A stretch of 50,406 nucleotides of DNA, filler included, from Basidioascus undulatus (taxonomy: Eukaryota), in NCBI GenBank assembly GCA_000826855.1. It is 3 parts of 3 records of this genome, joined end to end, with 100 filler letters (N's around TTAATTAATTAA, not from the genome) between each part and the next. Parts side by side here need not be neighbours in the genome. Positions count along the whole stretch, not along the records: positions 33,709 to 50,406 come from JTLS01000573.1; 2 more parts are not named here. One strand, 5' to 3'. Positions 48,867 through 50,406 of this stretch are shown piece after piece. Positions within the stretch are counted from its first letter, which is position 1. Each line of letters begins with the position of its first letter. Below the pieces are notes generated by a model. That model saw nothing but the letters and a program-made list of their open reading frames with translations. It had not been told where the DNA came from and did no database searches. The position numbers and the translations under genes were made by a program.

Positions 48867-49275
48867 TTTGAGCCTTCCTGGCACTGGCTGAACCATACTT
48901 TTTGCTAACGAGAGCTCCAACGATCCCAACACGCCCGCTGTTCTACGTCGACGCTCGCACTTTGGCCCGGTTGCGGAAGCGCCTGCCCGCCCGCTTCTTG
49001 CGTCCGCTGGTTTCCGAAGACTTCCCGACTGCGCCGAATCTGACAACATTACTCTGTCCAGGCAGCTTAAGGTGATCATCCTTTTACAAAAAATTATTGT
49101 AGCTCCACCTTGCCAGCCTACCGATATTGAAATCCACCAGTTTGGCGCCATCTTTGTCGTGGAGAGGTCGCACGATCACATGTCAATGCAGCACACGCGA
49201 TCTTCCCGCGTACTCGCCAACGCTTGCACTTGAACCATCATCATCTCGCTCCTCGGACTACGCGCGCCAACGAGC

Positions 49276-50406
49276 ATGTCGTCGACCATCACCGCGACCT
49301 CGTCTGAGCCCCCGCCGAAGCTGTCGAGGCGACGGAGAGCACCCCCTGCGCAGGAAGGAGCAGTACCGGCCATGGTGGACGAGAACGTGAACCCTAATGG
49401 ACCGGCGGAGAAGAAGGAGAGGAGGGGGAGAGATAAAGAAAGTGAGTGTTGCGCTATGTTTGAGTATAAGTGGAAGTGTCGCGTTGCGTTTGTGGCTGGG
49501 TCTGCGTCGATCTTGAAGCATAGCGAGTACCCCAGTTGCCGTCCACGTGTTTCAGAGCTCATGAAGCTCTGTAGCTGCCGTTCTCGCCGTTCAGTGACAG
49601 AATCAGTCTCCATACTACGGTTCTGACCCTATCATTCGGCGGGCCCACAGAGAGCCGGCCGCCTCAGGCCTTCGACCCTATACCTCCAGGTCAGTCCCCG
49701 TCGCGCTGTCGTACGCCCACGCATAAAGGTCTGACACTTTCCTGCTATAAAGCACCGCTTACCCCAATCTATTCCCGCTCGAGATCCCCATCCCCCTCAC
49801 CTTCATCGGCCGAACCCGAGCAGCTCGGATTCTCCCATAACCTCCCGCTCATCCTAGCTGTACTTCCCCCCGTCGGCGCGCTCGTCTTCGGGTCGACAAG
49901 GGCATGGGTAGACTTGCTCATGCTTATATGCCTGGCATTCTATCTGTACTTTGTGGTTCGAGGTGAGCTTTTACCGTCATATCTCTGCGTGTTCCGCTCA
50001 CGGGACTTTCACCTCTATCCAGCCCCCTGGGAGATCTACTATGCGTCTGTAGCTGCAGCAGAGCACGAGAACGCCTCCGACCCGTCCCATAAAGCGGCCA
50101 TCACCTCGCTGCGCACGCTCAATCTCTTCTCCCTCTCCCTCACCCTTCTCTCGCCCCTCCTCGGCTCGCTCCTCCTCCACCTCGCGCGCACCTCTCTCTC
50201 CTCGGGCCCAAGCCTGATCGACACATTCTCCATCCGCCTCTTCCTCCTCGCATCGGGCATAAAGCCCCTCCTGCATCTCGTCTCCATCCTCCGCTCGCGC
50301 TCCCTCTCCCTGCACGCCCAACTGCGTGCGGCGCCCCCCGGCGAAGTTGAGCGTCTCCAGCGCCGCGTCGCGCGCCTCGAGTGCGAGCTCGACGACTGGC
50401 GCCGGG
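49276..50406 (+). CDS. Conserved fungal multi-pass membrane protein with coiled-coil tail; 3'-partial
   Basis: First exon MSSTITATSSEPPPK..., then HNLPLILAVLPPVGALVFGSTRAWVDLLMLICLAFYLYFVVR/APWEIYYAS...LSLTLLSPLLGSLLLHLARTSL..IDTFSIRLFLLASGIKPLLHLVSILRSRSLSLH..VERLQRRVARLE. Intron at ~49963-50022. Confidence 0.75.

Overview
Intron-rich fungal genomic DNA. It looks basidiomycete, possibly Pucciniomycotina, inferred from many short GT-AG introns and the protein families present. Three contigs are joined by two artificial 100-bp spacers (44 N + TTAATTAATTAA + 44 N). All gene models were spliced by eye, so exon boundaries are approximate unless stated, and family calls come from remembered motifs rather than searches. 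Recognisable genes: a Ptc5-like PP2C phosphatase ending in the peroxisomal signal AKL; a tandem family of MARVEL-like 4-TM genes (two intact, two decayed) associated with a ~3.6-kb tandem segmental repeat; a TOK-type two-pore channel whose two pore loops both lack the canonical G(Y/F)GD filter; an Rpt4 proteasome ATPase fragment; a SUMO-like-domain gene; WSS1; a DHA1 MFS transporter; a LaeA-like methyltransferase with one in-frame TGA; an HMG-box transcription factor; a DUF1399/GRDP-like gene; an intron-containing tRNA; and a conserved membrane protein. An accessory region at ~37-48 kb holds inverted LTRs with a PBS, an HNH pseudogene, LINE/RNase H relics and an intact secreted protein resembling actinobacterial peptidase-inhibitor I36 / beta-gamma-crystallin-like proteins (horizontal-transfer candidate). 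The strongest leads are the non-canonical TOK channel and the I36-like secreted protein.
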